A stretch of DNA of 64,000 nt, taken from the NCBI GenBank assembly GCA_038850275.1, contig JAWCLZ010000004.1:31946-95945 (forward strand), read 5' to 3'. The number at the start of each line of letters is the position of its first letter. Positions within the stretch are counted from its first letter, which is position 1. Below the pieces are notes generated by a model. It did not search any database and was not told where the DNA came from. It was given only the letters and a program-made list of their open reading frames with translations. Position numbers and translations under genes: made by a program. Origin of the DNA: Methanocellales archaeon (lineage in GTDB: Archaea > Halobacteriota > JAWCLZ01). This document shows positions 59,655 through 64,000 of the stretch, in pieces.

Positions 59655-60563
59655 ATGAATGAAACTTATGTTCAGATGAAAGAAGTCACTCATGAGGACT
59701 ATCTTGATTTCATAAAAACTCGTGACTACGTTGTGATTGAAAACACTAGAGTTGATCTTCCCAAGCGCCATAGGATCTCTGAATTTGCACCTAAGAACTT
59801 CAAACTTGAGTTAACAACAGTTTGGAGTTTCCCAAATCGAGGTAACTGGGCTACTCACCGTGGAAATTATCGAGCGAACTTTTCACCCTATATACCTCGA
59901 AATTTAATCCTCCGCTACACGAATAAAAACGACTTAGTCTTAGACCAAATGGTGGGCTCAGGGACAACTTTGATTGAATGCAAATTGCTGCAGAGGAGGG
60001 GCATAGGGGTGGATATTAATCCTGATGCAATAATGGTAACTAGGAATAGACTTGATTTCACTTATCCAGATGAACCTGAGATCAAAACCTATATTGGAGA
60101 CGCTAGAAATTTAAACTTGATTGAAGATGAAAGTATAGATTTGATAGTAACCCATCCACCTTATGCCAATATAGTTCCCTTCTCGAAGCATAGCAATATA
60201 TTGCATGATATATCCAAGGTCAGCAAGATCGCGGATTTTGTTAATGAGATGCGGAGAGTGGCTCAAGAGAGTTATCGCGTATTAAAACCAGGGAAACACT
60301 GCGCAATTTTAATTGGCGATACTAGAAAGCATAAACATTTTGTTCCCGTTTCTCATCGCGTTCTTCAAGCTTTTTTAGATGCAGGTTTTATCCTCAGAGA
60401 AGATGTCATAAAACTGCAGTGGAAAATGAAGACTACGCGGGAGAGATGGAGGAGCACCAAATTGGATTTCCTTAAAATTGCTCACGAGCACCTATATATT
60501 TTCAGAAAGCTTGAGAAGGGCGAGAAATTAACTCCATATATGGAGAGTATGAAATTTAGCTAG
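59655..60563 (+). CDS. Solitary N4/N6-type amino-methyltransferase (DNA methylase family)
   Basis: DQMVGSGTT SAM motif, THPPY catalytic motif, VLKPG; no adjacent endonuclease. Confidence 0.8.
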   Translation: MNETYVQMKEVTHEDYLDFIKTRDYVVIENTRVDLPKRHRISEFAPKNFKLELTTVWSFPNRGNWATHRGNYRANFSPYIPRNLILRYTNKNDLVLDQMVGSGTTLIECKLLQRRGIGVDINPDAIMVTRNRLDFTYPDEPEIKTYIGDARNLNLIEDESIDLIVTHPPYANIVPFSKHSNILHDISKVSKIADFVNEMRRVAQESYRVLKPGKHCAILIGDTRKHKHFVPVSHRVLQAFLDAGFILREDVIKLQWKMKTTRERWRSTKLDFLKIAHEHLYIFRKLEKGEKLTPYMESMKFS

Positions 60564-60675
60564 CTGCATCTGCAATGAGTTAAGCAAGCTGCACTGCAAT
60601 GAGTTAAATTCAAAAGATTTATAATCAAATATGCACGACTATTTGGAAGCATATTGAGACATGGAGGAATTAAAA

Positions 60676-60855
60676 ATGGTTGCAAAAGTAGATCTTGATG
60701 CGTGCGTTGGATGCGGTACTTGCAAGGACGAGTGCCCGAGTGGTGCTATAACTATAAATAATGAGAAAGCAGTTGTTGATCCAAATCTCTGCGTTGACTG
60801 TGGCACTTGCGCAGAAGTTTGCCCATCTGGCGCCATTAAAGTGGAAGCTAAGTAA
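60676..60855 (+). CDS. 2[4Fe-4S] ferredoxin
   Basis: [12 protein letters not shown] and [12 protein letters not shown]; GGAGG SD before ATG 60676. Confidence 0.95.
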   Translation: MVAKVDLDACVGCGTCKDECPSGAITINNEKAVVDPNLCVDCGTCAEVCPSGAIKVEAK

Positions 60856-60859
60856 TTAA

Positions 60860-61579
60860 TCATCCTCGGGTTATACAATCGGGTGAAAGTGATACTTCCA
60901 CAATCCTTGGAATATTCCCCCAAGCAGCGAGGGTATTGCCTATTATCACTAATGCTCCTTCAACGCCCTCTATTCCTTTAATATTGTTTATAGCGCTTTT
61001 CACGCTTGATTTATCCTTCACCTCGTTGCCAAGTAAAGTGGCGCATGCATCTGCTAGAGAAGCAGTATTTGCAATAACTGTAGTTGCATCTGCATTTCCA
61101 AAGCTAAGCGATGGGCCAACTGTGCCTGAGGAAGTACAGATTCCAAGGGGTTTATCTCTGGGCTCAAGCAAGAGTCCTAGGTTTTTAAATGGTGATTCAC
61201 CTGCGTAGATCCCTATAACTGTTTCTCTATCGTTTAAAATAGCGATATCCCCGCCGTTTTCCACGATAGCGTGTGAGGCTCCCTTTTCCATCATTGCCTT
61301 AAGAGCAAGTTCTGCTATAGCACCTGCAACCGCGGCCATTGGGCCGACTCCTGCTTTTTTACTTGCTTCACACATTAGCTTTACAATTTCTGGAGCTCCC
61401 TCGCTGCATTCATAGGGCTCGAGGGTGATTTTGAAAAATGGATCTCTAGAGATATATTCCTCAAGCTGCCTTCGATGATATTTTATGCTTTTTATCGCCT
61501 CCTCTATGTATTTCACTTCATCTGCAATTAAAGTGGCTATGGTTTCCCTCAATTGAAATCGCTGGCGCATATTCATCAT
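60860..61579 (-). CDS. UPF0280/ApbE-like protein (COG2122)
   Basis: GPMAAVAGAIA, ENGGDI, GICTSSGTVGPSLSFG.ADA, ADACAT. Confidence 0.92.
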   Translation of the reverse strand: MMNMRQRFQLRETIATLIADEVKYIEEAIKSIKYHRRQLEEYISRDPFFKITLEPYECSEGAPEIVKLMCEASKKAGVGPMAAVAGAIAELALKAMMEKGASHAIVENGGDIAILNDRETVIGIYAGESPFKNLGLLLEPRDKPLGICTSSGTVGPSLSFGNADATTVIANTASLADACATLLGNEVKDKSSVKSAINNIKGIEGVEGALVIIGNTLAAWGNIPRIVEVSLSPDCITRG

Positions 61580-61962
61580 CTTGATAGTGAAAGAGCTCTA
61601 TGGGGACAAGAGGGAATGCACGTGCCGCATTGGATGCAGTGACTTGGGTTTAAGCTCACTGTCCAGTCTTTGTTGAAGGAGAAGACTTTGAGCGGGCAAA
61701 TACTTATGCAGGCTCCACAGTGCACGCATTCCTCCTCGCTTCGGATAATTGGCTTCTCAAGTTTATATGCCTCTACTCCCAGCTCGCTGAATGTTTTGAA
61801 GACTTGATCTACTGCTTCATTTGGCACATCCACAACCACTTCGCCTGAGGTTGCCTCTACGTGGGCTCTAACTATGTTTATTAATACTCTAGTTCGCAGG
61901 ATCGCAGTTGCAATCACTGGTTCTTTTATTACTTTTGTGTTAAATCGAAGCAGTAGCTTCAT
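61576..61962 (-). CDS. NIL-domain ferredoxin (MA1822-like; aspartate-semialdehyde sulfurtransferase partner)
   Basis: NIL domain (VLINIVRA) plus CVHCGACISICP and CIQCGTCIPSCP. Confidence 0.9.
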   Translation of the reverse strand: MKLLLRFNTKVIKEPVIATAILRTRVLINIVRAHVEATSGEVVVDVPNEAVDQVFKTFSELGVEAYKLEKPIIRSEEECVHCGACISICPLKVFSFNKDWTVSLNPSHCIQCGTCIPSCPHRALSLSR

Positions 61963-63464
61963 ATCTTCTCTCTCCTTGCGAAGAGCTTGCTTAAGTCTTC
62001 GCTGGTTATTATTCCCACTACTCTATGCTCTTTATCGATCACTGGTAACGCTGAGATATTATATTGCTCAAGCTTCCTAGCCGCTAGGTCTATTGGGTCA
62101 TCTGGGGTAACTGTTATTACATTCTTGGTCATTATTGGCTCTATTTTATCTTTCTTATTTGCTGCCACTGCTTTGGAAATATCCCAAGAAGTTACGATTC
62201 CAATTAATTTGCCATCTTCACTTACAACTGGGAGGTGATTGAATTCATCTCTTATTATTATCTTCGCAGCTTGCTCTATGGTTGTATCTAATTTGATTGT
62301 TCGAACTTTCTTGCTCATTATATCTTTAACAAGCGGTGCTTCTTTAGTCATCTTCATTGGCTTGAAGGTCGTGGTGAGTGAAATTCTATCAACTGGTTTT
62401 GAAAGATAGAACTCCCCTTTTTTTATCCAAGCTTTCAATGTTTCAGCAACTTTCCTAGCGAGGTAGTAGCTTGAAAGTGGAGATGTGGGGACTTCTCTTC
62501 CATTTATCTCTATCGCTCCGGATTTCAACTCTTCATAAGTTACTTTTCTCAGCACTGGCCTGACTCGCCTGGCAACACCGTAGTCTAGAACATTAGTTAT
62601 TATATCTCGATCGCTTATTGCGGTATTCTTAGCTATTCTTTCATTTAAAACTGGGATGGGAATCCCTAGGCCCACATATAGTGTGGTGCCATATTTATGA
62701 AAAGTTGCAGCTCTCAGAAATTCTGTTTTCATTTTCTTCAGATCTCCAGTTACCATGAGCGTTCCAAAGCTATTCTTGGGGTCGTGCTGCGTTCCCTCGC
62801 CAATCACATACCCCTGCGCGCCGCAGAGGAATATTCTGGTGCCAACTCCAATGGTTTCAAACTCTGGATCGTTAAATATAGGTGAGAGAACTCCTGCTCC
62901 TGAATATGTAGCATTGCCAAAGTTGGGTAGAAGTGTTCCCATGTAGGTATAGAGAGTGCGATCAGTGGAATTTGTTGCTACGGCATATCGCTGATAAGCA
63001 TTTCTAGGATTAAGCATAATCGCTTGATTCATATCTTCTAGGGTTATCGTTGTTTCTATACTTTTCCTTGGATAACAATCTGTGCCATAGGCAATTGCCT
63101 TCAGCTCAACAGCTTTGCCTGAGACTAGGTCTTCTATGACATGACCTCCGCCGTACTCCATTCCCTTTGTCTCTGAAAGCTGGGTCACTCCTAAGTATGC
63201 ATCGACTGCTGCCACTCCTGTATATGCTTCCACATCGTTTAGCCAGACACGCTGCATTTTTATCGGTGGGTCAGCGTGTCCAAAGTTGAACCACGCGCCT
63301 GAAGAGCACATTGCTCCAAAAGTGCCAGTTGTAACCACATCAACTTCCTTCGCAGCTTTCTCAACGCCTTTTTCCCTAACGATATCCACCATTTCCTCCG
63401 CTGTTACAACGCAAACACTGCCATCCTTAATGCGTTCATTGATTTCCTCAATCGTCTTAACCAT
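61959..63464 (-). CDS. DUF39 plus CBS homocysteine biosynthesis protein (MA1821-like)
   Basis: KTIEEINERI, DVVTTGTFGAMCSSG, NPRNAYQ, GIGIPIP-like GLGIPIP; tandem C-terminal CBS domains. Confidence 0.93.
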   Translation of the reverse strand: MVKTIEEINERIKDGSVCVVTAEEMVDIVREKGVEKAAKEVDVVTTGTFGAMCSSGAWFNFGHADPPIKMQRVWLNDVEAYTGVAAVDAYLGVTQLSETKGMEYGGGHVIEDLVSGKAVELKAIAYGTDCYPRKSIETTITLEDMNQAIMLNPRNAYQRYAVATNSTDRTLYTYMGTLLPNFGNATYSGAGVLSPIFNDPEFETIGVGTRIFLCGAQGYVIGEGTQHDPKNSFGTLMVTGDLKKMKTEFLRAATFHKYGTTLYVGLGIPIPVLNERIAKNTAISDRDIITNVLDYGVARRVRPVLRKVTYEELKSGAIEINGREVPTSPLSSYYLARKVAETLKAWIKKGEFYLSKPVDRISLTTTFKPMKMTKEAPLVKDIMSKKVRTIKLDTTIEQAAKIIIRDEFNHLPVVSEDGKLIGIVTSWDISKAVAANKKDKIEPIMTKNVITVTPDDPIDLAARKLEQYNISALPVIDKEHRVVGIITSEDLSKLFARREKI

Positions 63465-63548
63465 AGCAATACCTCGATAGCAATCGATATAACAGTTAAT
63501 AATAAAATTAATCTTATTTATTATTTGTGGTTATTACAAAGTTATAAT

Positions 63549-64000
63549 TTAAAAACTCGGGAATTCATATGCTTCAAATTCATGGGTGAAGCAGTAATGC
63601 ACCTTTTGATATCCCCGCCTGAATTCAATTACTTCTTCCCTTATCTTCTCAGGCTTCTCCTTATCTATTAATAAACGCTTGAAGAAATCAGCTATTTCTC
63701 TCATCTCACCCTCTTTCATCCCAAGTCTTGTTAACTCCTGAGAACCCAGTCTAATTCCCGAGGGATTTTTTGTTTTAGAAATATAATCCTTAGGTAATAG
63801 GTTTTTATTAACAATGATATTTGCCTTCTCTAGTTCAATTGCAAGCTTAGAAGCGTCACCAAGTTTGGAAACATCAATCGCAACTTGATGCGATTCGGTG
63901 AAATCAAGCTCAGGACAGCAAACATCAAAGCCCTTTTCATAGAGCGCCCTCGCTAGTGCCTTTGCATTAGCAATAGTCTGGCGAGCATATGGCTTGGCAA
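63549..64000 (-). CDS. glyA: Serine hydroxymethyltransferase, C-terminal part (5' end beyond the window; not in the ORF track)
   Basis: YARQTIANAKALA, FTESHQV, LEKANIIVNKNLLP, PSGIRLGSQELTRLGM. Confidence 0.93.
   Translation of the reverse strand, partial: AKPYARQTIANAKALARALYEKGFDVCCPELDFTESHQVAIDVSKLGDASKLAIELEKANIIVNKNLLPKDYISKTKNPSGIRLGSQELTRLGMKEGEMREIADFFKRLLIDKEKPEKIREEVIEFRRGYQKVHYCFTHEFEAYEFPSF

Overview
Chromosomal window of an anaerobic archaeon. Gene content (rps17e-dapA-dapB, Methanosarcina-type NrdD with an NrdH-like partner, MA1821/MA1822-type homocysteine genes, HdrBC, DUF5371, PAN, CDC48, PINA) points to a Halobacteriota-type euryarchaeote; this is inference, and no mcr gene is in the window. 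Most of it is housekeeping: proteostasis, DNA repair, nucleotide, lysine, sulfur and C1 metabolism, iron uptake, and three intron-less tRNAs (Ala-CGC, Ala-GGC, Ile-GAT). No CRISPR array, integrase or transposase was seen. The most notable observations are: (1) two different hdrCB pairs in tandem, split by a 12-Cys orphan, with the upstream hdrC apparently starting at ACG; (2) a VirB11/TadA ATPase plus fused TadBC platform set head-to-head with a HerA/VirB4-like ATPase, with a candidate pilin 17 kb away, a possible DNA-transfer machine; (3) a tRNA-Ile gene with a C1:C72 mismatch; (4) a decayed patch with Fe-S protein and HDAC pseudogenes, plus a separate PAS-domain remnant; (5) recurrent short tandem duplications of 16-30 nt period; (6) an intact plus a degenerate KaiC-like gene flanking PINA; (7) several small ORFs below the ORF-track cut-off. 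All family calls come from motif recognition, not database searches. Start codons were adjusted by eye where stated.
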